DNA from: Carcharhinus amblyrhynchos
Taxonomy: Eukaryota
Length of the DNA: 64,000 nucleotides
Direction of reading: 5' to 3'
NCBI GenBank assembly: GCA_965287045.1
Contig: OZ336871.1
Span: 64,542,001 to 64,606,000 of the forward strand
In this document: one piece after another, positions 42,352-54,289 of the stretch
How the letters are laid out: each line of letters opens with the position of its first letter
Position numbering within the stretch: position 1 is the stretch's first letter
Notes under the pieces: generated by a model
The model's database searches: none
Told to the model about the DNA's origin: nothing
What the model saw: only the letters and a program-made list of their open reading frames with translations
Made by a program: the position numbers and the translations under genes

Positions 42352-42607
42352 TGGCGCTGTGAGGCAGCAGTGCTAATTACTGCCACCGTGCCACTCCCAG
42401 GGACCTGGATTTGATTCTCAGCTTGGGTCACTGTCTGTATGGAGTTTGCATGTTCTCCCCATGTCTCTGCAGGTTTCCTCCCACAGATATGCTGGTTAGA
42501 TTAGTTGCATTGACCTGAACAGGTGTCAGTGCAGCAACTAGGAGAATTTCACAGTAACTTCACTGCAATGTTAATGTAAGCCTGCTTTGTGACTAATAAA
42601 TAAACTT
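42352..42607 (+). mobile_element. V-SINE (tRNA-derived) with an inverted 5' head
   Basis: V-domain CTGTATGGAGTTTGCATGTTCTCCCCATGTCT; tail GTGACTAATAAATAAAC; head 42352-42399 in reverse orientation. Confidence 0.85.
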
Positions 42608-44615
42608 AATTGAGTTTGGGGGCATGTATATGATAAATGGGATTATTAATGGAAAAGAGGTTGGTGTGATTGGCATAATAGCGTTATTGAGTATTATGGC
42701 CATTCTCTGTACTAATCATTGAACATGAAGATGTGAAAAGTATTATGGTGTAAAAGATTTTGATTTCAAACAAAATTCATTAAAAGATCAAAATGTTGCA
42801 ATCCACCCTAACACTTCATTTCTATGATGAATGCAACATTTTAGTCTTGTGAAGAGGAAAATAACATAAAATACCTAGAGTTAAAAATTTTCAGATTTTC
42901 AAATGCCAACTGATCAGCCTATCTATGGGAAAGCTGTCAGCATCATTTGACCATTAGGCAGAGATGGGAGAAATTCAAAATGTACAGGCATGTAAAACAG
43001 CTTACCATGCAGTAACAACTCTTTTTGCAACGTATCTTGTTGGATTTGAAATCAAAGTGAATGAGTTCTCAGCATCTGTAATCTGTCACTCAAAAAATAG
43101 TGTTACATTGTGAAGGTCTGCAAAACACTGCAATGTTTTTATTGAAGTGAGCAGAAGTGCAATATCCTGCAAGGGGATATTTTCATACTTTTGTATTTTA
43201 GTTATTTAATAGTTGTTCTGATTGGTTTGTGAAATAAAAGGCAGTTGCATTTGTACACTTAATTTCTCTTGCAGTACTTAAGAATGTCCTGATGTATGTG
43301 AGGGAGGCACTCTTAAATGCAAGTTTCTTCCTTTTCATTGATGAAATTCAATGGAAGTGTATTTGTTTCAGTGGCTTGTACTAAATCAAGCACCAATTAC
43401 TTGTCACATGGTTTAGAAATGGGTATCCTCTTAAGTTTGGATTGCTCTGACAGATGTCAGTAGTGTCCTAGTGGTAAGATCACAGCCAGCCTGTTGGAAA
43501 CTTTCCCTATCTTGTTAGTGAACCCAAATAGAAAAATAAGGTTTTTTGTACGTGCATGTTTCTTGTCTTTTTGTGGATTCGTATGCATCTGACTCTCACT
43601 GGTGGCTCTGCCCCTTTTTTATGCATCTGAGTGGAAGTTTCTTTTTAGCTAACTGCCCTGTGGTCTGTGTACATCTTCTACATAATTCATTGACATAAAA
43701 TTTTGAAGACTATAAAACATTGTCTTGATACAACATTATTCCCATGGTTATTCTCTCTAAATCTATTTAAAAATTATCCTTTTTACATATGTTTGAAATA
43801 TGTTGGCAAGGTCACATTTTGTATCCATCTCTAGTTATAGAGCAAAGATGTTGGCAGCCTATCTCTTTGAATTATAGTGCTTTTTGTTGGGTGGTGAATT
43901 CTAGGATTCCAGAAGTTATGAAAGGATAGTGAGCGCACGTGAAATGAAAATAGTGTCTGGAATGGCATTTTGACATTTGTTGTTTCCTGATTGTTGGAAA
44001 CTTGGAGATGTTGAAGTAAACTTGGTAAATTTCTGTAGTGCCCCTTATAAAGATTGTATGATGCAGCTGCAGCGTACCCCTGCTGGAGGGATGAATGCTG
44101 TGCCCACTGGTGAGGTGCTCTATTCCTGGATAGTGTCAAGCTCTCAAATCCCATAGTGGCTAAATGATCCGTGCGAGTGGTGAGTGTTCCATTACGCAGC
44201 TGATGTACCTTGAACCGAGCACTGGTACTTCATTGGCTGTAAATTAATTTGAAATATCCTGTAGTTGAAGTGCCTTGAAGTTTTATTATCTTAAAAGGTT
44301 CTATTTAAGTACAAGTTGTGAAAAGTGCTAGAAAATTCTGTTTTCCTTCCTTGATATGACTAGCTGACATTGTAGTTACTCTGCCTTTCACAGTGCTGAT
44401 GCAGGGAGCCCTTAGCTAATTATGATTCTATCCTGAAGTTGGATAAGAGCCCTTTCCCATCTTTTAAGTCTTTTGTAAAGTCATTAATGTTTAGTATTTC
44501 TGTAGCTTAAAGCAATCAATGTCTACATACAGCAGGACCTAGGCAACTTTCAGCATTTATTATTGAATAAATAGAACTAAACACTGGAATTATCAGTGTA
44601 AATAAGAGAGGAGGG

Positions 44616-45025
44616 AAGTTATTGAAGTAGTTAAAGATGTTGCATTTTACAACTGTTGATTAACAGATTGATTTGAACTCCAGTGGCCAGAACTAACATT
44701 TTGGGCACGACTTCAGCCACATTAGGTTTTTCCCTTGAACTCTATTAACCTCAGTTGTGCTAGGTTATCCCTTACTCATTCTGTAGTTGTCATTTAATTT
44801 CACTACCTCATTTTCTTTTCCCTTTCTGCATATGAAGAATTGAGCAACAGGTATCATTGCTGGATCTTTTGTCTTGAGATTTAAACATGTAATTTAACCA
44901 ATTGAATTATAATTTGTATAAACTAGGGTAAGACTACCTGACCAGAGATGATGATGATCTGTTGTGTGTCTGCTTGTGTTGGTAGTGTTCTGGCAAACCA
45001 ATTCAATTGCAATTGCTTCATGTAG
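44616..45025 (+). repeat. Local duplication, copy 1 (~410 bp)
   Basis: Collinear with 45674-46077, from AAGTTATTGAAGTAG to TTGCTTCATGTAG. Confidence 0.92.
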
Positions 45026-45474
45026 CACTGATTTTGTATGAAACTTCTTCACCTGAAAGCATAGTGGTCTTTCTTTCCTCAAAAGCAGGCATTAGGTCCT
45101 TTTTTTTTTCTGTTTTCTCCACTTCGGTCATATGTTTCTTTTCTTAGCTATGCTTTGATTCCCAATAAATCAATGATACAACAACTTTTGCTAATTTGCT
45201 TTCGAAAAGCAATTGGACATTTACCTACAGGGGATTAATCTGCCATGATTAGAGGAAAAGCACAAGTATGGCACCAAATTGAACAACTCTTTCAAAGACG
45301 CCCTCCTGAGTTGTACAATTCCATTATTCTAATTTGAGCACAAGAACCCAGGAACAAAACCCATTTTTCTTTTGCTTGTGTAGTTTGAAGAATGAATATT
45401 AGGCATAATGTTAAGCAAGTGTCCTGCTTTATTTCAGATAGAGTCTATAGATCTCATGTCCGCTTGAGGATAAT

Positions 45475-46121
45475 GTTTGTTTTATTTATTAGTCACAAGT
45501 AAGGCTTGCATTAACACTGCAATGAAGTTACTATGAAACTCCCTTTGTTGCCACACTCTGGTGTCTGTTCAGGTCAATGCACCTAACTATGTCTTTCAGA
45601 TTGTGGGAGGAAACCAGAGGAGACCCGCGCAGAATGTGCACACTCCACACAGACAGTGATCCAAGTGGCAATCAAGTCATTGAAGTAGCTAAAGATGTTG
45701 CAATTTGCAACTGCTGATTAATGGATTGGCCACTGGAGTTCAAATCAGAACTAACATTTTGTTTGGGCATGACTTCAGCCACTTGAGGTTTTTCCCTTGA
45801 ACCCTATTAACCTGAGTTGTGCTAGGTTATCCCTTACTCATTCTATAGTAGTCATTTTAAGTTCACTACCTCACATTTTTTTCCTGCATATGAAAAATTG
45901 AGCAACAAGAGTCATTGCTGGATCTTTGTCTTGAGATTTAAACATGTAATTTAGCCAATTGAATTGTAATTTGTATAAACCAGGGTAAGGCCTACCTGAC
46001 CAGAGTTACTATTTAGTTGTATGTCTACTTGTGATAGTGTTCTGGCAAACCAATTCAATTGCAGTTGCTTCATGTAGTCCTTGGCACTGAAAGGCAGCAG
46101 TGCTAACCTTTGTGCCACCAA
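45475..46121 (-). mobile_element. V-SINE split by the duplicated segment (45475-45673 and 46078-46121)
   Basis: Tail TTTATTTATTAGTCACAAG and V-domain TGTGGGAGGAAACC..CTCCACACAGACAGTGA; head TCCTTGGCACTGAAAGGCAGCAGTGCTAACC resumes after the insert. Confidence 0.85.
45674..46077 (+). repeat. Local duplication, copy 2, inserted in a SINE
   Basis: AAGTCATTGAAGTAG..TTGCTTCATGTAG; flanked by the two parts of a minus-strand V-SINE. Confidence 0.92.
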
Positions 46122-46129
46122 TGTGGATG

Positions 46130-46570
46130 GGTGCATAGTTTTAATGCGTTATCCAAAGGATAACATTTAACAAAGCAATGATCCTTCCATGCATTGATGT
46201 ATGATGCATAACTATGATGGAGCAGGTGGGCCATGACAGGCATGAGATTGATGAAAACATTGTCTTCATCTTGGAATAATTCTAGTAAATTTTCTCTGCA
46301 TCCTCTCTGAAGCCTTTGCAGCGTTCCTAAAGGGTGGCACTCAATTGAAACCGGCATTAAGTTGTGGTCAAACCAGTGTTTTACGCAAGTTCTTCATCAT
46401 TTGTTTGCTTTTGTACTCTGCCGCTATTTACATAATCCAAGATCTCGTTGCCTTATTAATCCCAACCTGCTCTATCATGTTTAATGATTTGATCACCCAT
46501 GTATCCATGAGTGAATAGTCTTCACATTTATCTGCTCTCTTTCTGTATTACTTTTGTTTTATTTCCTTCA
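46130..46570 (-). mobile_element. Degraded CR1 fragment
   Basis: Reverse-strand remnants of L..TLV.PQL..FQL..PP.RN..KA.ER.QR.FTRIIP. Confidence 0.55.
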
Positions 46571-47109
46571 TAAGGTTGTTTTGTGAAACCTAGCTTGATA
46601 TCCAGACTACCTTGGTGAAAATAAGAGCTAAGACACATCTGTGAAAAATCTGAAGATGCAGATGTGTTCGGTAGAGAGATGGAAAATATTTGTACAGTCA
46701 ATTGTGCTGGAGAAATTAGGTTTTCTTCTTCCTATACCATCATAGCTTCATTTTGACTTGAGCTTTTTTGGTATTTGAACCATTCCATTTCCATAAACGT
46801 TCACCATGGAATTATTTATTCACTTATAAATATGGAACACCTGAATTTTGAACAGAGATTCTGAAAAGTACAGAACACTTTTTTTCTTGTTTCTTTTGCC
46901 CACATGTCCAACAAGGTTGAGGCTAGAGAACTCATGAATGTGATTCTTGACAAGTTTGTCTCGAGACTGCATGGATGTACAAATAGTTAACAAAGTGTAT
47001 GTTGTTAGCTCCTTATTCCACCCTCCTGTTTAATTTTGAGGTACGTTCTTTTGAGAAGATTGTAAGCTTAATTTAGATGAGTTGTTGCATCTGTTGTTTC
47101 TGTTTCTTT

Positions 47110-48127
47110 AAGAACATAAGAACATAAGAACATAAGAAATAGGAGCAGAAGTAGGCCATCTGGCCCTTCGAGCCTGCCCCGCCATTCAATAAGATCATGG
47201 CTGATCTGTCGTGGCTCAGTTCCACTTTCCCGCCCTCTCCCCATAACCCTTAATCCCTTCTCTTATCAAAAACCCATCAACCCGCTTCTTAAAAATATTT
47301 AGCGAGGCAGCCTCCACCACTTCAACGGGCAGAGAATTCCAGAGATTCACCACCCTTTGAGTGAAGAAGTTCCTCCTCAACTCCGTTCTGAACCGCCCCC
47401 CCTTTATCTTGAGGCTGTGCCCCCTAGTCCTACTGTCTTTTTTGAGCGGGAAGAGTCTTTCCACCTCTATCCTATCCATCCCATTCATCATCTTATACGT
47501 CTCAATGAGATCTCCCCTCATTCTTCTAAACTCTAACGAGTACAAGCCTAGTTTATTCAGCCTCTCCTCATAGCTCAACCCCCTCAACTCCGGTATCAGC
47601 CTAGTAAACCTCCTCTGCACTCCCTCCAAGGCCAAAATATCCTTGCGCAGGTGCGGCGCCCAAAACTGCACACAGTACTCCAGCTGCGGCCTCACCAATG
47701 CCCTATACAGCTGCAGCAAGACCTCCCTACTTTTATATTCAATCCCCCTCGCTATGAAGGCCAGCATCCCATTCGCCTTCCTGACCACCTGCTGCACCTG
47801 CAGGCTGGGTTTTTGCGACTCATGCACAAGGACCCCGAGGTCCCTCTGCACCGTCGCCTGCTGCAGTTTTTCGCCACGTAAGTAATAGTCCTTCCTACCA
47901 TTCTTCCTACCAAAGTGGACCACCTCACACTTGCCAACATTAAATTCCATTTGCCATTTCCTGGCCCATTCGCCCAGCCTATCTAGATCCTTCTGCAGAC
48001 TCTCCACACCCTCCGCACAATTTGCCTTTCCCCCAATCTTGGTGTCATCAGCAAATTTCGACACCCTACACTCGGTTCCCTCCTCCAGATCATCTATATA
48101 AATGGTAAATAGCTGAGGCCCCAGCAC
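47110..48127 (-). mobile_element. Young 5'-truncated CR1 (HER1-like) LINE with an uninterrupted 303-codon RT C-terminal ORF (47216-48127)
   Basis: LGPQLFTIYIDDL..SKFADDTKIGG..WQMEFNVGKCEVVHFG..PQLEYCVQFW..RVVNLWNSLP; 8-bp terminal repeat (AGAACATA)x3 at ~47111-47135; CpGs retained. Confidence 0.96.
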
Positions 48128-48997
48128 ATTTAACCCATTTGTCTTTGTCTCTGTCCTCGTGCCATTGTAATTAGCTTTATTTAAGTTTAAGATGCTAGTT
48201 TCAGATCCAAATTTCTCATCTTTAAAGGATTCTTTACTATGAAATCATTAATCCTGTCTCATTTTGTATTGCCAGGTCTAATATAGTTGGTTTGCTGGTT
48301 GACTCCAGGACACATTGTTATAAGAAACTGTCTTGAACATGCTGTTATGAAATCACACTCCATGCTATTTTTGCATATTTGATTCATCCAGTCTGCATGA
48401 AGATGAAAATCTCATAATTGCTGATTAACATAACCTCTGTTATCCTCAACCCCACCTTTCTCCTAAAATATTACTTTCTTCAAGTCCTAGAATGTGTTAT
48501 CCATTCCCATCTTTTCTGGAGCTCTGGGGTTTGTGCCCCTGCCACAGTATTGTGCTGGCTATTTTAAAAGTCACAAGTGACATCCTGTGTGGCTATGAAA
48601 AAGAGAAACTTTCTCATCTTGACCTGCAGGAAACTTTGTCACAGTTAACCACACCACCCTCCTCCAACATCTTATCTTTTCTTCTAGCTGGGTGGGATCT
48701 CTCTTGCACGATTCTATTGTATCTATCGAATTGTAGCCAGAAAATCGCCTTCAGTGGCTTCTCATCCTGCTCCTTCACCTGTTATCTCTGGAGTACTCCA
48801 AGGATCTATCTTTGTCATCTTTTTCTCATCTATATGTTGCTCTGCAGTGAAACCAACAGCATAGCATTAGCTTTCATGTGTAAACTGGTGATTCCCAGTT
48901 CCATCTCCCCACCATTTCTCTCAACACCTCTATTACTCCTAAATTATCAGATTACTCGGCCAACACCCAATTTAAATATTGGTTAGACTGAAACCTG

Positions 48998-49308
48998 TAG
49001 AATCCCTACAGTGCAGAAGGTCGTCGTTCGGCCAGTCGAGCCAGCACTGACGACAATCCCACCCTGGCCCTTTCCCTATAACTCCATGTATTTACCATGC
49101 TAATCCCTCTGACACAAAGGATCAATTTAGCATGGCAGTTCAATTTAACCTGCACATCTTTGGACTGTGGGAGGAAATTGGAGCGCCTGGAGGTAACCCA
49201 CACAGACATGGGGCAAATGTGAAATACACATTCACCTGAGGTTGGAATTGAACCCAGGTCCCTGGCACTGAGAGGCAGCAGCACTAACCTTGTGCCCCCA
49301 TGCCACCC
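48998..49308 (-). mobile_element. Full-length HE1-like V-SINE with a CR1-type tail
   Basis: Reverse-strand head with A/B boxes (GGTTAGTGCTGCTGCCTC..GGTTCAATTCC), V-domain TTCCTCCCACAGTCCAAAGATGTGCAGGTT and tail CTTCTGCACTGTAGGGATTCTA. Confidence 0.88.
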
Positions 49309-49871
49309 TTTGTTTCAGAAGCACACTAAACTCTGTTCCATTGACTAACTTTATGCCACTCGGTGGCAACAATCTCTAAGCTAGTCAGTTTGCAACTTTG
49401 TTGTCATATTTCACCATGAGGTGAAGTTCTGCTTCCATGTTCATGACATCAGTAAGACTGCCTAGTTCCACCTCCATAAACATCACCCAACTTCATGCAT
49501 CTTGTCTATTTTTAAACAAAAAGCATGCCTGTTGTTACCTCAATACTCGCCTATTCAAGTGCACTCCTGGCTGGTCTCCAACATTATACCCTCTAAATTT
49601 GAGGCCAACTAAAACACGTGTTCATGTTCTAACTCGTACCCTCCCATTCACCGAGCACGCTGTGCTCACTAACCTACATTGGCTCCCAGTCAAACAACTT
49701 CAGTTTTAAAAATTCTGATCTTTGTTTTTGTATCCCTCTATGATCTATCTCTGTAATCTCTTCTAGCCTCAGCCCTCCCATATATATTCATCTACATTTA
49801 GCCTGTTGAGCTTCCCTAACTTTGGTTGCTGCACCTCGGTTGCCTAGTCTCTAAGCTCTAGATTCTAGGCA

Positions 49872-50695
49872 GGTGGAGTATAATGTTAGCAAGTGTGAGG
49901 TTATCCACTTTGGCAGAAATAATAGTAGGAGAGATGATTATTTAAAAGGTGAAAAGCTGCAGCATGTTACGGTGCAGAGGGACCTGGGGGTCCTTGTGCA
50001 CAAGTTGCAAAAACCCAGTCTGCAAGTGCAGCAGGTGATCAAGAAGGCGAATGGAATGCTGGTCTTTATAGCGAGGGGGATAGAATATAAAAGTAGGGAG
50101 GTCTTGCTGCAACCGTACAGGGTACTCATGAGGCCGCAGCTGGAATACTGTCTGCAGTTTTGGTCGCTGCACTTGTGCAATGATATATTGGCCTTGGGGG
50201 GGATTGCAGAGGAGGTTCACTAGGCTGATACTGGAGATGAGGGAGTTGGACTATGAAGAGAGACTAAATAGACTGGGTTTGTACTCGAAGTTTAGAAGGA
50301 TGAGGGGGGATCTTATAGAGACGTATAAGATAATGAAGGGGATGGATTGGGTAGAGGTAGAGAGATTCTTCCCGCTTAGGATAGCAGGACTAGAGGGCAC
50401 AGCCTCAAGATTGGGGGGGGGGGGGCAGTTTAGATTGGAGTTGAGGAGGAACTTCTTCACTCAAAGGGTGGTGAATTTCTGGAATTCTCTGCCCGTTGAA
50501 GTGGTGGAGGCTACCTCACTAAATATATTTAAGTCACGGGTAGATAGGTTTTTGATAGACAGGGGAATTAAGGGTTATGGGGAGAAAACGGGAAAATGGA
50601 ACTGATCCACTTCAGCTGAGCCATGATCTTATTGAATGGCAGGGCAGGCTTGAAGGGCTAGATGGCCTACTCCTGCTCTGATTTCTTATGTTCTT
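49872..50695 (+). mobile_element. Young CR1 (HER1-like) 3' fragment, frameshifted
   Basis: EYNVSKCEVIHFG..PQLEYCLQFW and RGDLIETYKIMKG..RVVNFWNSLP; tail TTTCTTATGTTCT; same family as 47110-48127, opposite orientation. Confidence 0.92.
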
Positions 50696-52689
50696 TGGAA
50701 TTCTCTCTATCTCTCTGCCCCTTCTTTCCTCCAATAAAATACCCTTTAAAACCTACCTGTTTAATCAAATCTTTGGATCTGTTATCTCCTCAGTGAATTG
50801 GTGTCATTTTATTTTACAATTTTCGTTTGAAGCACTTGGGGAATTTTTGTTATATTAAAGATGCTACGTGAATATAAGCTCCTTTTGAATAAGTGGGAAC
50901 GTAAATAATCCTAGTAATGATGAGCTGAATTGGTGTTGATAAAGTATTAAGATGGAAAGTATTCCAAGCTCCACTGTCTTCAAGTGACTAGAAATTTCTT
51001 AAATTTGAAAAAAGTGTGAAATACTTTTGTGGATGTAAAAAGCAAGTAAAGACAGCATGGCTTTACTAGATGAGGGGGAAGAATAAATTTGACTTCAGTT
51101 GTGAAGAAAAGTGAGAATATGATGCTGGATGTTAAAGATCTTTGGCTATGGCAAAGGGTTTTCAAGTCTGGAAACAGAATTGAGAACATGTTAGAGACTG
51201 GTGTCAGAACAGCTAAAATCCCCCTTTCCCAACTTTCATAATCAGTAAGCATGCTGTGCATGAATCGGGCACCCATTTTCCTATTTATTCATATTCCATG
51301 ATATACACCCTCAAGGCTTACTTGGGAAAGTTGAACTGGAGAGAATATTCACTTCTACATCTTATAAGCAAAAGAATAGTTCATAATTCACATGGTTGTC
51401 TTGCTCTAGCAAATGTGACAGACCTGATGAAGACCACTTCACTCCTAATTAGTTTGCATAAATTCCACAGCCAAAGTCATTTTTGGGATTTTCTCTAGCG
51501 ATGGACTTTCTTCAAGTCAGAGTTAGTTGCTTGTACAGCAAGTCCTTGCTTAGAAGTCGAGATCATATTCCTGAAAATTGCAACTAAGCAAATCACATTT
51601 TCCCAAGAATATAAAAGCTGTAGTTAGGTTCTGTACGATCTTGCTTGTCAAGAAAAAGGTTCAGTCCTCAAGTTGGAGTGCTTCACATTGCTAAACTCCT
51701 ATATTAAATATTTTTAAACTTTATAAAGAAATATTGTGACTTGGCTCCCACTCGCAGCTGATCATGCTCTCTCAGCGTCTTTCCTGCCATTCAGCATACA
51801 TCCTGCTCTCTGCTGCTTTTGGTCATTACGGATCCTTTCTTTTGCTGTCTCTCCTACTTGCAGAATCTGTATCCCATCCTCATGTTGATCCACCCTCACA
51901 CTGAACCTCCCTCTCCCTGATTCTCCTGCTTGCCATTTCCTCCTCCTGAACCCTAGCTGTGGACAAAGTTTCTGGAGATGAGCAGGTTCAACCTGCATTT
52001 CTTCAAGTGGGTTTGTGATCAGCTTTGCACCTTTTTCTGATTTAGAATTTTCCAGGTAATGGATCCCTAAATCTGACACTGAAATTATTTACTCACCAAG
52101 ATCCAGGACACTGCTCCCCTCTGAGCTAAAGCCAGTAACTTCACTTACTCCACCTCTGCTCCCCCCATAGAAATGGAAGTTTGAATCAGGGTGGAGTGGG
52201 AGAGCTGCCCAGGCAGTGATGGTAAGAAAGGAACTGAGTCAAGGAGAGGCCAGATGGTGGTAACGTTGCTTTACCTCTGTTACTTTTCATAGATATACCC
52301 ACAATGTGTTAACATGTGAATTTGAAGAAATACCAAATAAGCAAAAAAAGCAGGATAATCTGTGATCCCCAAAAAAAGGCTGCTGAGGCCATGGATCTGA
52401 TCAACAAGGCTATGCAAGTCAACAACCTGCGCAGTGAGATAAACCAAACCATTCTGAAAGCAGTTAAGAAATTAAGCAGTCAAATGGATGTATCAACATT
52501 GAAAAAGAAGCAGGAGACTAACTAATGTTTCTGTTACCATTTTGATCTCAATTTTGATTGTCCTTGGTTATGGTTGGCAAGAGACTGCAGAAACAAAGCA
52601 TTTGGTAAACTTTTAACTTCCTTTAAAAGTTATTTTAACCATGCATAGTACAAGGCTTAGCATTAGGCTTCACACAATGTCTCTGCACG

Positions 52690-53145
52690 CTCTGACAAAG
52701 GGTCATCGAGTCTCAACAGCTCTATTCTCTCCTCACAAATGCTGTCAGACCTGCTGAGATTTTCCAGCATTTTGTTTTGTTATATCTGCCGTATTTTGCT
52801 TTTATCTCCGCATACTTCTTGTCCTCTGCTCTTGCATCATTTGTCCTCTAATGTTCTAGTTAAATATTTAACGTTAGTCTTCATACTATAAGATGAAACA
52901 ACATAAACCCCAGAGTTATCCACCATTGTCATATTTTCTTTATACTTTCAAATCACTCTGCATATCTGCCTAGCCCCTAAATGGCAAAAACCTTCACAGA
53001 TTGGTCTATTAACCATGATTTTGTCCATGATCATCAGATATTGGTACAAAAACATCAAAATACCACAGATGCTGGAATCTGAAACGAAACTCAGGTGATC
53101 TGGCAGCATCTGAAAACAATTCAAGTCTGTTTGATGCTTCGTTTG
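52690..53145. mobile_element. Two oppositely oriented half-copies of the Penelope-derived palindromic element
   Basis: 52690-52805 CTGACAAAGGGTCA..ATGCTGTCAGACCTGCTGAGATTTTCCAGCATTTT; 53050-53145 CAAAATACCACAGATGCTGGAATCTGAAAC..GGCAGCATCTG. Confidence 0.55.
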
Positions 53146-54289
53146 GTGATGGCTGCGGCATGCCTACATCTAGACTAGCTCGTTATTCTGACATGGTTTA
53201 TTTGATACCACTATTGAGCAGTTATACCCAAAGCATTGATAAATGTAGCTTGAAATTTAAGTACAGTTTCTTATAACTGGAGGAAGATATTCAGTAAGTC
53301 TTTGATGGAATTTTAGATATACAGTATGCTTAATTGTTAGATTTCAAAATGTGCCTGTTTACTTGCATTAGTATGTGATGTGACCAAATGTTTAGTATCA
53401 AGGCAATTTTTCTAAAGTTGTCTTAGTGAGAAGAGTGGAACCAATTTTGAGGCCGGGGAGAATATTCCTTTCTGTAATATAGCGCATCTGGAAACCAGTC
53501 ATTCAATGTAGTTGGGTGGTGTAAAGCCACCAAAAAGTAAACTGACCTAATGGCTCCATTTGAATTTTCTCTCTTCCTTTCTTTCTTTCTTCCTTCCTTC
53601 CCCTTCCTCCCACCAATTAAATCACAATTTTGTCCCAGTTAAGTGCCAATCTGAAGTTCTAAAAGAATGCTTTTATGCTGTTGCCAATTCATCATTTGGG
53701 GGATGGAAGCAGTTATCCTCCTCACATCAGAGAGGATTTCCCCTTGTTCCAGGATTAAGGCTATAAATAGATACTGTATGAATTGCCAAAAGTTTTATGC
53801 TAAGTTCTGGGTTCCTAAGATGTCTGGTACAGATGGAAGTGTTTTTTAATACTCTAGTCTCTGCTGCAGTGCTGTTTGAACCTAGGGGCTCTGTGCCGCA
53901 TGTGTAGTAATGTTATGTCATGATAATCCCTTAACCCTGACAACTTGGTCCCTTTTTTGTGCTTATTTTTGTAAGTTTTCCTGTTTTAATTTTCCTTCTG
54001 TGAAGGATTCACCATAGTCACCGAAACTGTACTATGTCCTAAATCAGGACTTGAGGCTAGAAATTTAAAACATACGAAAATTAATAGAAACAAAAATTTT
54101 AAACTGTGGATGCCATTTCTTACACATCTTTGGACCTATAAAAATTAAAAACACAATGGTTAGTTTATTGACACAAGTTATGTTTGCACTATTTTTGTAA
54201 AATGTTTAGTACAGTGTTGTGTTGGGAAGCTGCTGCTTCTGAAAAGTTTTAAAGGAAAATGGACTTTAATATATTGAACATGTTTCATG

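Larger units (their letters stand above)
48480..50880 (+). mobile_element. Old L2-like LINE interrupted by a SINE and a young CR1
   Basis: TCTGGAGTACTCCAAGGATCT (SGV.QGS), VLTNLHWLPVKQ, and an L2-type tail GAAGCACTTGGGGAA..TAAAGATGCTA at ~50830-50880. Confidence 0.65.

Noticed and set aside
47111-47140. Short direct repeats suggesting an array
   Set aside because: This is the 8-bp CR1 terminal repeat without spacers; no CRISPR or prokaryotic features are present in this window.
47216-48127. 303-aa ORF as a host or domesticated gene
   Set aside because: It is a truncated CR1 RT with a LINE tail, no true start codon and close dispersed copies nearby.
49240-49308. tRNA-like A/B box sequence
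   Set aside because: It is the tRNA-derived head of a V-SINE, contiguous with the V-domain; no full cloverleaf.
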